This document shows, piece by piece, positions 46,983 to 59,318 of a DNA stretch of 64,000 bases (position 1 is the first letter of the stretch; each line of letters opens with the position of its first letter). The stretch lies in contig CP154954.1 in NCBI GenBank assembly GCA_039621445.1, forward strand, positions 21,960,954 through 22,024,953, given 5' to 3'. A program made the position numbers and the translations under genes. A model generated the notes under the pieces. The model worked only from the letters and a program-made list of their open reading frames with translations. It searched no databases and had not been told where the DNA came from. This stretch comes from Euglena gracilis. Lineage: Eukaryota.

Positions 46983-47242
46983 TGTCCCAGGAACGTCCCA
47001 GCTCTGTAGGATATCTGCAGAGTGTGTTCAGTGACGATCGAACCACTGTGGAAACCTCAGCTGGCACGATCGTGGCAGACCTTACTGGGACCTGCCCCTG
47101 GACACGTCAGCACTTTTCTCTCCTTCCCAAACAGGTGGTATTCCTTTGTTTCATAGACTACAAGTTCCAAGGTTTTATTCGTCAGAGGGAAAAACCCTCA
47201 GAACAGTTGAACGTTGCTTCGGAGGAAACATCTGAAGCCTTT
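46983..47242 (+). repeat. Family A-related LTR portion, interrupted by a family C insertion
   Basis: TGTCCCAGGAACGTCCCAGCT resembles 42858 TGTACCAGGCACGATCCCAGCT; acaggtggtattc is shared with LTR 24004-24381. Confidence 0.55.
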
Positions 47243-50200
47243 TGTCGGCTGCCGCTGGCGTTGGCAGCCAAGAATTTCCAAAAAATCCTAAAAAACTCCC
47301 GGTAGGAATAGCCAAAGCATTTCAACCGCCACGCGAGAGGAACTGGAACCCCAGCAAATTCCAGAACAGAAGTCATTTGATAAATAGAAAAGATTTGAAG
47401 AAATCCAATACCTAGAGTTTACAATTACAAAGAAGCCAAGGCATCCCTTTTCACATTTTTGTTTCCTTGCCACAACAAATCACCTGAACTCAAAGGTACT
47501 CACCTACCCTCGCCAGCAGGTTTGTTGTGCTCTGCTGTGTGCTTCCAAGTAGGTGGGTTGGTTTTGTATTTGCTCAGCTTTTGATCCAAATGTTTGAAAA
47601 GGCATAACAGTGGAGGCTAAAAACGATCTTACGCAGGGAGACAGGGGGACCTGGGTCGGGGGGCTCACCTCACCCTCATTACCGCCTGTTGATTTGTTTG
47701 AAAACAGGGACCAACGTGCCAAAGGCCCTGGCCTGAGCCCACCAAGGCCAGAAAAAGGAATTTGTGGCCCCAGCGAAAGCGGCAGCCCCCCGGGGTGGCG
47801 AGGGTCCTCCGTCCCCCCCAACATGGTACGCAGAGGTTGCTTCACTGACTCTGGCAGTGAAGAATTTTTACTTTCGGTTGATGACAAATCAGAACCCCCC
47901 AACATTGTACGCAGAGTTGGCGTTGCCAACTCTGTTGACAAAGAATTCAAAGAATATAGTGACCAATTCAATTTTTTGTGAATTGAATTCGGTGACACCC
48001 AAACAGATAAACAGAGAAAAGTGGAGGCTGAATATCTAGCGTCTCAGAGGGAGTTTTGGAGGCTCAGATGTGAAGCAGCCATTGGACATTCTCATGGCCC
48101 TGATTCATCTTGTCCATGTCAATCTTGTAAAACGTCAGGGGTAAGCCCAGCAAGTTCACTGCCAGGAGATCCTGAAGTTAAACCAGAAGGTTTTGACCCT
48201 TGTCCAAATGTTTTGCACATAAAGAGGTGTGGCGTGTGAAGCTGTATCACGACAGGTGAGTGTCAAATCCGACAGTGTGGAAACTTCAGAGGTCACCAAA
48301 CCTGAAGCTTTTTATATCCCTTCCAATGAGGGGTTGCAAAAAGTTGAGGCAGGTATCACAGAATTATTTTCAAACACTTTTTCCCTGAACGACAGACTAA
48401 CGAAAGTGGAGGAAGTGCCCAGCCAAAGTGAGTCCAGCCACTTGGAGGGACGGATGACTGAAATTTAAACCGGTTTGAGAGATTTGGCAGATAGTTTTCA
48501 TGACCATTTCACACGAACTTGCAGTGAAATTGAAAATCGTTTTTCTGAAAGGATCCAGTCCGTGTCTGAGAAGGGCGAGGCTCTGTCAAAACGGCTGGAG
48601 AGTGAAGAAAGGGTTCTGGAGGAACGGCTGAAAATGTTTGAATTACAAATCGCTGAAAATATAAAGCCCAGTGAAATAAAACCACCAAGTCCAGAACATT
48701 TTGTGTCTGTGAACCTGAATTCTGGACATGTCACAAATTTGCAGCCGTCATCAGTGTCTTCTGAAAAATCTTCCTCGGATTTTTCCGCACAGCCAAGAAA
48801 ATTCAGACAGGCAAAAAAATTCTGAAGACCTGCCACAAACAGCTGGAACAGCTTTCAACTTTTGAGACCAAATTGGTTTCAGGATTGGTGGGGTTGGGAC
48901 TGGCATTTAAATCCCTGGAACAGCTGGGGGTGGTTTCCACCATATCAGTGGTGGTGGTGATTTTTCTTTCTGACCACTGACTGGCACAGCATGGCACTTT
49001 ACATTCTCGAGTATGTTTCTGTGGGTTGTTTTGAGATTGTTTTTTCGTATATTTTTCACGGTGCCCTAGTGCTGGAGGCAGATGTGCAGTCAGCCAGAAG
49101 TTTAAATCTGGATTTTCAGTTCACAGAGTTTGACTTATGGAAAAACAGCCAAGTCAAACATTTTGAATCTGGTTTCTGGGGTGCATGTTTCTCCCCCAGT
49201 TGCTTTCCCCTTAAATGGAGACGCCCCTCCACGATGCTGGGGAACTTCTCCTAGTGTTCAGGCAGCCAGATCAATGATCTTTCAATTTCAGGTTCAGAGT
49301 TTTCAGTTTTCGGTTCTTGTCCCGAATGTCATTTTGGGGTGGGTCATGTTGACATGTGTCACCATCCCCGACGGAGACAAAACAGTCATCTCAGGTGTAA
49401 TTTCTGATTTGTATTTTTGCTGGTCCTTTTTGTCACGGGACAGTTTTTCCAGTGAAACTTTCTCCTCGGACAGGGACATGTGTTGGAGGATCGGCACCTT
49501 TTTTTGGGTTTTCAGTCCATTTTTATTGTGGTTTTAGAGTGTGGCAGACCAGCAGTCCTGTGGCAAGTTTTATCTGGGTTTTTGCCAACTCCTGAGGTGG
49601 GGGGGAGACCGCCAATGGACCACTCGTGACCCAAAAGTTCTTTGGAAAGCGCGCAAAGAGGGGTTACGAGGGTGGGGCTAGACCCAGGCAGGGAATAAAC
49701 ACCCCTGTGGCCACCCATCTAAGGGCTCAGGAAACAAAGTTTTTTTTCAGTTCAGTGGGAAACAAGATGGTTTAAACCAAGGTGGAAACGACACCCCTGA
49801 GGAAAATGTTTGTTTGGGCCCATCAGTGGCATCATAATCATTTGGTTCCGTTTTCAGTGAAAAACGTGTTGATCTGTGAGTTGCACTTTCTGCGGCATTT
49901 GTTCGGCTGTGGAGTTTGCTTAAAGGGAAAATACTCAGAAGTGGGGGACGCCTCACAATGCAAAACTCCTAAGGGCAATTTTTGCAGTTTGAAGGTTGTT
50001 GGAGCTTTTTTTGTGACCCATTTGATGGATCAAGGTCAGATTTTAAGGGTCAGAATTCAGTGGCATTTTCATGTTCAGTTCAGTGAGGAATTTCAGAAAT
50101 CTGCCTTGTGTGTTGCCAGTGGTGAATTTGTGCGTGTGTGTTGCCTTGTCATGCAGGTGTTCGAAGGAGCAAAGCAAACAAGTTATCAAGGACTTTGATT

Positions 50201-52945
50201 GATTTTGATTGAACTTTGATTGATTTTCACCTTGAATTCAAAAATTACAATATGACTTCAAAAACTGGGATTATGAACATTGGAATGTGATGGAGAACAG
50301 TTTTCAATGACATTAATGAGACCCAAGCAGTTGAAGTACATGATTACGATTATCATGATCACAATTGTGGACTGTCTGTGGAGTTGAAATGGTGGATACA
50401 TTAATTTTATTTCCGTGCTGTGAAGCGTAACGGCCGACCAAAGTGCCTGCAGTGGGCAGCACTTCCATAGCCCAGGTCCAGCACAGGTTGACTGCTCCCA
50501 CAGATTTTTAATGTTTTTGGGTCTCAGGATTTTGCTTGTGGGTTGGAGCCATTTTTTCTCCCCTCCTCGTGCAGCTGGGGGGGGGGGCTGTTTTGAGCCC
50601 AGTTTTTTTGTTGGCGTGGATCAAAATCAGTTTTGGATGTATGGTTGGAATTTTTTGACTCAGAATTGGATACCCTGTGAGACGTTTGGGTGGGGACAGG
50701 AATGCATCAATTTGTGACCGTGACTGTTTTTGGTCACACCCCAGATTGTGACGGGGTTTGATGAAATTTCCATTTTTCCCATTTCTTTCGTCAAGTGGGG
50801 ATTCCGGTTTTGCAGCCAGGAATTTTTAACCCGTGGCCCTCACCACATTGGTTGAGGGTGGGGGGGCATTGTGAATTGCGAAGGCCCGTCCACCGTGACA
50901 CATGGTGGATTTGAGCTTGATTTCAGTCGGTTTGGATATTATTGCCCAGGTTTGTGGTTTTTTTTATTTGGTGGCTGAAGCCACATCGACCCCCATGGCC
51001 CCATGTGACTGGGGGGGGGGGGGCAGCGAAAAAGCGCCCTGGCTGAGAAAATTGGATTTGAATTTTCAGTATTTTTGAGTTTGCCATGTCATTTGACCCC
51101 CATTGCCCCGTGTGAATGGGGGGGGCAGTGATTTTTGATTTGCAAGCCGGATTTGTTTTGTTTCACGGCTCCAGTGAATCGGTTGGAAACAGGGGTGGGC
51201 TGGTTTGGCCTGGACCCTCGGCATGCTGCTGGATGTTGCTTCTGTTAGGTTGGTTGCTCTCGGTTGGACTTTGTTTGTTGTATGTGGCACGTGGAGTTTT
51301 GGATCTTTTTGAGGACTTTTGTTGACTCAGAATTTTGAATGTCTGAGGATTTTTTTTGCTGGAGTATTTTTACACAAAAAGTTGGGGAAATCCTGGAGTT
51401 TGACGATTTTTCTGGAGTTTAAAAAACGAGTTGGGATTTTAGACCGCAGATTTTTATTTCGGTTTGGATGATGGATATTGGTCAAAGGCATTTTTTCATG
51501 GAACACAGCTTGGAGGCATCTGAACTCGGGCGGGGGGGGGGGACCCTCGACCAGATATGACCCCTCCTCCGTCCAAAGGCCCTGGTGTGGGCCAATGGAA
51601 AAAAAAACCCAGCCACGTGGGCACTAAAGCCCTGTGATATAGTGGCTGAGGGCCATTGAGAAGCCCTGTTCTCTTTGCGTTCAAAAAAATCGGCCCAGTC
51701 ATTTTCGGTTGGAATGCATAACAAGGAAGTGAGCGTGCACACAAAAACACACAACTGCACACGCACACGAACCCGCACACCCCTGGTACACTATTCCATA
51801 TAACCGCTTGCCCGCTCACCTCTTCACTTGCGCTCCCCATTTACTCTTTCCTTACCCAACTGTCCCCAATTGGAAACGAACGCCTGGGTTTCTCTTTTTC
51901 TTCCCCAAACAAGTCGTTTTCTGAGGCACTGTTGGCCAAAGTCCCTGATTTTTTTTAAAAAAAATCGAAATCGAAGTCTCACTGAATGAAAGCTGCCAAA
52001 AAAAAAACGGATTTTAACCGAGGGGGTAGCGTGGGACTTAGGCCTTGGGGTAGAGTGCCCAGAGGTGGTTTTACTCAGAATTGTTTTCAGACTTTGTGTC
52101 CAAGAACCCGTTCCCCGTGCTTTTCAAAGGAAAGGGGTGGGGGTTGATCCCCGTGGACCTGAATTTTCAGAGTCGCCCAAGGTGCCCGATACTATGGCTG
52201 GGGGGGGGTCGACTCCTAACACTGATTTTCAAAAAGAAAAGAAAAGCGACAGGACCCGTTTCAAAAAAAAACAGAATTTTCGCCCCCACAAAAAAAAACA
52301 ACAACAAATTCTCTCTCCCCATTTTGTTAGGGGGGGGGGCAGAAAAACGGGCACAAATAACGTCGCAAGGGAGGGGGTGTCGGATGCTTCTGGCGTCGGC
52401 AGCCAAGAATTTCCCAAAAATTCCCAAAAAACTCCCGGTAGGAGTAACCAAATCAAGTCAACCGCCACGAGAGAGGAATTGGAACCCCAGCAAATTCCAG
52501 AACAGAAGTCATTTGAGAAATACAAAAGATTTGAAGAAATTCAATACCTAGAATTTACAATTCCAAAGAAGCCAAGGCATCCCTTTTCACATTTTTGTTT
52601 CCTTGCCACAACAAATCACCTGAACTCAAAGGTACTCACCTACCCTCGCCAGCAGGTTTGTTGTGCTCTGCTGTGTGCTTCCAAGTAGGTGGGTTGGTTT
52701 TGTATTTGCTCACCTTTTGATCCAAATGTTTGAAAAGGCAAAACAGTGGAGGCTAAAAACGATGCTACGCGGGGAGACAGGGGGACCTGGGTCGGGGGGG
52801 CACACCTCACCCCCATTACCGTCTGTTGATTTGTTTGATAACGGGGCCCAACTTACCAAAGGCCCTGGCCTGAGCCCACCGGGGCCGAAAAAAAAAAGGA
52901 ATTTGTGGCCCCAGCGAAAGCCTCAGCCCCCAGAGGGGGCGGGGG
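47243..52945 (+). mobile_element. Family C non-autonomous LTR element with truncated 3' LTR
   Basis: LTR 47243-47823, PBS 47824-47836, PPT and second LTR from 52378. Confidence 0.88.
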
Positions 52946-52949
52946 TGCC

Positions 52950-55250
52950 TTCTGCATCATCATCGTCATTCGTTCGTGACGAAATGCCTTCTTCCATCCC
53001 CGGACACCCACCTTTGAGGCGGCGAGGGGATGAACGCCCTACCAAAACACACTTGGTTCACAAGGATCAGGGGGATGAACCCCATTTACGCTTGGTTACT
53101 CATGTCACCCATGAACAAAGTGAGGGGTATGTGCCCTTTGCTCTGTTCACACCCAAAAGATCCCCGGTGGAAGCACCGGTGCGCCTTTCGGACTGCAACT
53201 CGGTGGAAAAACCGTGTTTTTTCCAACCCTCCCCCCTCAATTACCACCCCAAACACCCTATCGCGCATTGCCGGGATATTACCCGCGGAAACCGCGGTTT
53301 TCCCTGCATTGCCATGGAATCCAGATATGAGTCTGGTGGTACCGCAAACCTCTTGTGCCGTTTCCGTTGTGGAGGACTATGGTGATTTGAGTGATAGCCT
53401 CACCCCGGGTGATGTTTACCGAACTCTGGGTCAAATTCCAACGGATCACCCGCTGAGCAAGCAAATTTCCCCTGTCCACCAGTGCGTTGCGGAATGTGCA
53501 ACCTCGCTCAACAAGGTTTTGTGTTCTATGGGGAAAACTAAAGGGTTGCCAAACACCAAACTGTAATATTGCTTGAATTATTTGCAGGATATCGGCAAAT
53601 ACTGCCAACACCATCTTGAAAATGCGGGGAAAGACCTTCAGCATTTTCGAGAAAGTGTTGACAGTATTTTGCGCATCCAACTCCCACAAAATTTCCAGCA
53701 AATCAGTGAAACACTGCATGAAGCGGAAACGCGGAATCATTCTAAGTTTATGCATGTGCAAGATGGTATAAGTCATCTTTTTGCCGAAGTGGAATCTTGT
53801 TCAACAATGGTACTGCAATTGCAGCAACAGTGACACGCGCAAAACGCCACCCCCAAAAGGCCGTAAATCGGTAACTTTGTTGCGGTTGAGCATATTGCTG
53901 CACTCACCACTTCTTTCCAAGAAGCCCAACAACGGATTCTTGTTCTGTTCTCTGAAATCGAGCATTTGAAGCAATTTTACGCGAAATTGCAAGAAAATTT
54001 TGTTCCCCGTACGCAATTGCAGCTTTGGAGGAACGGATCCTACACTCGGAGCAGAAAGCCTGCCATTGTGCCGCAAACCAGGATGGATTAACCTCCTTGA
54101 ACGTGAAAATCGGGGATTGCGCACAACGCTGGAATTTCGCGCAACAAAAATTGCAAACGGACATTGGTGATATTACTGCCAGCGTTGTCTGTTTGCAGGA
54201 GCGTGTTTATACACTGTCCCAGCGAATTCCCCCCGAAATGAGTGGTATTCAAGCCGCTACTGGGGAATTACAAACAGGTTGTACCTTCTTGTCCACCACA
54301 TTAGCGGAAATGCGCTCACTTCCCAATATTTCGCGCGCTCGGATATCCGAGTCACCGGAAGTTCGCACGTTTCATGACAAAATGCTTGGTGACAACAAGG
54401 AAACCTTGCACGCATTTTGCACGAGTTTGATTCAACTTAAGGAACCTGTGAATCGGAAGGCCCGATCTATGCAAGATGAGGTTTCACGGCTGGATGGACG
54501 AGTTTCTGCGTTGCTGGGAAAGCCAACCACGGGAAATTCGCGCACCACTGCGGAAACCCCCACCAAGACACCCCACCAATTGCAAATTGTCTGAAATGCT
54601 GTAAAAAAGCTGTAAAAAAATGCTGTAAAAAAGCGCTCGCGGGTCAACTCCGGAATGTGGAGGAGTCCCTGGGAAAACTTGTCCAAGACCTAAACTTGGT
54701 TTCCGAAAAGTTGCCACACTTGGAAGATTTTTCCCGTTACCGCAGACGCAATAGGCATTTTGATACTGAGGTTGACCGTATTTGCGGCCAGCTACAGTTG
54801 GTGGAACATTTGGAAGAAACGGTGCATGACTTCTCCGCGAGTTTGGATAAAATGTCCACTCCGGTACCGGTTATGCCACCTCCCACCGCGGTGAGCGCTG
54901 CAGTTGGTATTCCAAATGTCCCGGAATCGCGTTCCCAAATTACTGGTTCTGGATTAGGAAGTAGGAATCCCTACATCCACCGCGAATTTGGTACAACCAC
55001 CCGCGAAAACGCGAGTTGTACCACCTTTACATTTGCCCACACCAGAAACCCACTTTTCAAAGAACATTTCTGAAGAGGAAGTTGCTGCACAGCTCCAAAA
55101 TCGAGTGTCCAGCACGAAATTCAACATTCTAACCTTGTGCGAGGAATGAGCCAACACCCTACACCTGGTATTGGTCATGTGTCGCATTCGCGAAATTACT
55201 GTCCACCAACGGGTTCTGGAATACCAGATCACCCATCGCGTTTTCGTTGG
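52950..55250 (+). pseudogene. Family A coiled-coil 5' ORF fragment, decayed
   Basis: Homologous to 22738-23733 (N part) and 9801-11130 (C part; LVRGMSQ.TPG.GH). Confidence 0.8.
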
Positions 55251-55311
55251 GAAACCCGCCCCACCGGGAGAATTTCACCACATTTTTCACATTTGCAGCA
55301 AGAAAATCCTG

Positions 55312-56138
55312 TGTTCAGGGTCCGGGACTCTGCTCGCCCGGGGGGCTGTTGCTTTCGCTGGGGCTTCAGATTCCCTTTTCCGGCCCTGGTGGGCTCAGGC
55401 CAGGGCCTTTGTGGAAGTTCCCCCCGTTTTCAAACATGCCAGCCGGCGGTAATGGTGGTGAGCTGTACCAGCCGACCCGGGGTCCCCAGTTTCCTCTCGT
55501 AGGATCTTTTTTTCCATCCATTGTTGGTTTTTCCCCATGTTTTGAACTTCTGGTTCCAAATGGTGGCCAATGACAAACCAACCCACCTACTTAGGATCAA
55601 ACAGCAGAGTACAAGAAACCTGGGACTTGAGAGGGTGGGTGAGTACCTTTGAGATCAGGTGAATTGTGGGGCAAGAAAACAAAAATGTGGAATGGAATGC
55701 CTTGGCTTCTTATGGATTGTCAATTCTTTGTGTATCTTTCTTGAATTCTTTCTGGAAACACCAAATGACTTCTTTGCTTGAATTTGCTGGCGTTCCAATT
55801 CCTCGCGCGTGGCGGTTGACTGACTTGGGTGGTTCCAACCGGGGTTTTTTTAGGAATTTTAGGGAAATTTTTGGCTGCCGACGCCAGCGGCAGCCGACAC
55901 CCACTCCCTTGCGACGTTAGTCGGACCCGTTTTCTGCCCCCCCCCCCCGAACAAAAACGGGGAGAGTGTATTTGTTGTTGTTTTTTTTGGGGGGGGGCGA
56001 AAATTCCGTTTGGTTTTTTTTGGAACGGGTCCTGTCGCCTTTTTTTTTTTTGAAAATCAGCGTAACGAGTGTGCCCCCCCCAGCTATAATATTGGGCGCC
56101 TTGGGAGACTCTGAAAAATCAGGCCTTCGGGGGAAGCC
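55312..56138 (-). mobile_element. Family C 3' LTR (55312-55899) with PPT and ~240 bp of internal sequence
   Basis: Reverse complement of the family C LTR (ggctgccgacgccagcggcagccgaca) and its upstream PPT region. Confidence 0.85.
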
Positions 56139-56140
56139 TG

Positions 56141-56569
56141 TGTACCAGGCAGCCATTCTGCCATGGCACTGTGTACCAGATACAAGGGGCTACGGCCTAC
56201 AACCTGGCTACGGCCGGGCCGTACACAGTGGCATGGTTAAAACCATAAGACAAAGAGAGAATCTCAGAGCTAGCGAAAGCTTAGCGAAAGTAACTGGTTC
56301 CTAATTCAAGGTTACAGGGTTTGGTGCTTTGCAATTCTGTTTTAGAATTCTGAGGGCGAAGTCCCATTTGAATAGAAGTTTTCTTTCTTTCTTTTACAAA
56401 GCTCGAAAGAGCAAAAGTCACAATCATATAAGGGACTGCGGTCCCACCAATTCTTCTGCTTGTGTGCTTTGCATTCAAAAGGGGAAAAGGGAAGCAAATT
56501 TTATTGTTACTCCCCCCACGGGCTTTTCAGGGGAATACCTTAAATAGAAAAGCCGGGGTGGGACGTACA
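56141..56569 (+). repeat. Family A 5' LTR
   Basis: TGTAC/GTACA terminal inverted repeats; followed by ct and the PBS. Confidence 0.75.
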
Positions 56570-56571
56570 CT

Positions 56572-56581
56572 TGGTAGCAGA
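56572..56581 (+). promoter_or_regulatory. Primer binding site (tRNAiMet type)
   Basis: TGGTAGCAGA two nt after the LTR end. Confidence 0.8.
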
Positions 56582-56813
56582 TTAGGTTTAACGGTCGTAC
56601 GACCACACAAAAACTCAGAAAAGGCGCCTAAGCACGGGCGAGGTGTCTCAGTGGCACAAGTGGCTACGGCTGCATCACAACGCCTCTGAGCCCCCACCTT
56701 TGCTTATATTTTTGGGTCTTTTCACACAAATTTTTACAAATTTTACAATTTTTACTATTTTCACAAAAATTTTCCCAATTTTTCATCAGAAATGCAAAGT
56801 GCACCATGGTACC

Positions 56814-58331
56814 ATGAGTACCATCCTGGATGCGCATTCGCGCATGCCACCACAACAACCTTACTCCAACAATTACGATGGAAATCGTGGTCCACAACGC
56901 GATTTCAAAGGTACAATTACAATTGCCAACAAGGTAAAGCCACAATGGGACGGAGATCCCACAACCTGGAAACAATTTTGGCGCGATTGGACATACTACT
57001 GGGACTTGAAGGGTCCAACCCAAGACGGGAACCCTGAGGTAATCAAGATGGAATTCATTGATTGCCTCCCCAAGGAAGAAAAAGAACGCGCCCGACAACT
57101 TGTGATCCGGAATCGGATAACTTTTGATGAACTGGTTGACCAATATGCGTCAACTTGTTCAAGCCTAATTTCGCGAATTACGCTTGAGAAAAAATGGCGG
57201 CAATTCGCGCCCAGTGACAGAAAATGGAAGTCAATCGACCTTTGGTATTCCAAATGGTTGGGATTGGCTTCTGAGGTTGATGAACTGGGAGAGAACCAAA
57301 TGAAAGAACAATTCGATGCGGTTCTCGTCCATTTCATTCCTACAATTATCAAAGACATTCACCGCGAGGAACTCGCGGACAACAAACTTACACTGGAACA
57401 ACGGTGGAACTATGTTTCCAAACAAATGAAACTCTCACAACTTTTGGGACAGATACAATCGGCTTATACCCACCACCCTACCGCTGGTCTCCCTAGCGGT
57501 ACGGTAAGTGCCCTACAAAAGATTCCTTCTCCAAAATCCCCACGGGGATATGGAAAACACACAACCTCTCCAAAGGGTGATACAAAAACGCGCTATCCGC
57601 GCTCATCTGACCAATCTTCGGACAAAACTTGCTTTTTGTGCAACAAATCGGGGCATATGTCCCGAGACTGCCCCCATCCTGATACGCGAAAGCGGAATCA
57701 GAGCCCAAGGGGTTCACAATCCTCGCGGAGGTCCCGCTCCTCTGGGTTTTCACACAAATCTGGACAATCACAATCCTCGGGTTATCGACAACGGTCCCGA
57801 TCACCGTTCCGCGACCGCGGACGCGATCGCACACCTCGTGGTCGATCACCCCGACCCCCTTACAAACGTGATACAAATCGCGACTCATCGCGATCACGTT
57901 CGCGAAGTGGATCATCTTCTTCGCGATCGTCATCCGGGAAACCGGATTACAATAAGAACCGTGGTCGAACGGGATTCCGTTCACCAAGACCTCCAAGGGG
58001 TGAAAGCCCATCACAAAACCGACAAAAATCACAAAACCGACAAAAGTGTTCCCTTTGTGGATCACATAACCATCATTCGTCCAAATGTTACCGTTCTCGC
58101 TCTCCCCGCCCGAACCAACGTCACTACAATGATACAAAACACAACAACAAACACAAGGTCGGGTTCAAAATCTCCTCTTTGGAGGAGGGAACCCCGGCTT
58201 CGGGCAGGGAGGGGGATGAGAACTCTGAATCCTCGTTGGAGGATGACCGCAATGCGGTCCGCGCATTGCGCGCTATCTACTCACACCAGAAAACGATAAA
58301 CAGCCGAAGTGCTGAATCGGACCTGGAGTAG
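56814..58331 (+). CDS. gag: Gag with two CCHC zinc knuckles and an RS-rich spacer
   Basis: PQWDGDPTTWKQF; CFLCNKSGHMSRDC; CSLCGSHNHHSSKC. Start at ATG 56814 is inferred. Confidence 0.88.
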   Translation: MSTILDAHSRMPPQQPYSNNYDGNRGPQRDFKGTITIANKVKPQWDGDPTTWKQFWRDWTYYWDLKGPTQDGNPEVIKMEFIDCLPKEEKERARQLVIRNRITFDELVDQYASTCSSLISRITLEKKWRQFAPSDRKWKSIDLWYSKWLGLASEVDELGENQMKEQFDAVLVHFIPTIIKDIHREELADNKLTLEQRWNYVSKQMKLSQLLGQIQSAYTHHPTAGLPSGTVSALQKIPSPKSPRGYGKHTTSPKGDTKTRYPRSSDQSSDKTCFLCNKSGHMSRDCPHPDTRKRNQSPRGSQSSRRSRSSGFSHKSGQSQSSGYRQRSRSPFRDRGRDRTPRGRSPRPPYKRDTNRDSSRSRSRSGSSSSRSSSGKPDYNKNRGRTGFRSPRPPRGESPSQNRQKSQNRQKCSLCGSHNHHSSKCYRSRSPRPNQRHYNDTKHNNKHKVGFKISSLEEGTPASGREGDENSESSLEDDRNAVRALRAIYSHQKTINSRSAESDLE

Positions 58332-59318
58332 GGGAGCCCGAGGTCTGTGGGCACGGACCTCTGGGCTGATGAACAGCCGGAAGTAGGACTTGATCAACCT
58401 TACTTTCCCTGCCCATCTGCCTTTTTGGTCGGTACCCGGAAAATTTTCGGGTCCCCCACCCCCCACTCCAAATTTCTGCCTGGAATGCTGAGCAAAGTAG
58501 GAACGGGATCCTGGAACAGTTGGAGAGACAACAATTTTACACCAGATCCTGCACTTTGCGTACCCCCCATGGAACTTTTGGTCCAAGCGGAAATCCGAAC
58601 ACAAAATTTTTCTACCAAATGCAAAATTTTGGTCGACACAGGGTGTCGAATTCCCCTTCTCTTCCGAACGGGATTAATTCCCAACTCCCTCTTGGTGAAA
58701 GCCAAGTACCCCATCAAAATTATGACTGCTGACAACAGCCCCATGTGTGGTGGTGACTTGGGATGCTTTTTGGACATACTCCTCCCCATCATCCCCAAGC
58801 ACCACTCACAACCCCCACATATACAAAATTTTCTGGGTACCTGGAGTTACGAATCGGGTATTCGCGGCTCTGACGTAATTTTGGGTTTTCCGTTCTTGCG
58901 TCAGAACCGCCTTGTTGTGGATTGCCCCTCTCTCGGTTTGCGCACTACCTCACGCACACAACCCACACCACCGAATTACCCCCCCAAGACATCTTCCAGG
59001 ATGTCCCCCCGCCTGGCCACAACGTTTTCTACAACCGAAAACACCGTTTCCTACCCTAAGGGTAAAGAGAAAGCTGCCCCCCTGCCCACTACACTTTTAC
59101 CGCACGTTTCCCATGCGGTAGGGAAAGCGAGTAGCTTACCCCCCACGTTTCACTGGGTTCCAAGGCGAAAGCCCAAAGGCCTGAAGAAATTTCGGTGTCG
59201 AGTAGCCGCCCAGCTGCACAACTTTTACGTTTTCCACCAGGTGTGTCGATTTCGGACACCCCTGTACACCCCCCAGCAGCTACAACTTCCAACACCCCCA
59301 AGCAGTCACCACACATGA
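58332..59318 (+). CDS. Retropepsin aspartic protease, in frame with gag after TAG
   Basis: KILVDTGCRIPLL...SDVILGFPFL. Confidence 0.88.
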   Translation, partial: GSPRSVGTDLWADEQPEVGLDQPYFPCPSAFLVGTRKIFGSPTPHSKFLPGMLSKVGTGSWNSWRDNNFTPDPALCVPPMELLVQAEIRTQNFSTKCKILVDTGCRIPLLFRTGLIPNSLLVKAKYPIKIMTADNSPMCGGDLGCFLDILLPIIPKHHSQPPHIQNFLGTWSYESGIRGSDVILGFPFLRQNRLVVDCPSLGLRTTSRTQPTPPNYPPKTSSRMSPRLATTFSTTENTVSYPKGKEKAAPLPTTLLPHVSHAVGKASSLPPTFHWVPRRKPKGLKKFRCRVAAQLHNFYVFHQVCRFRTPLYTPQQLQLPTPPSSHHT

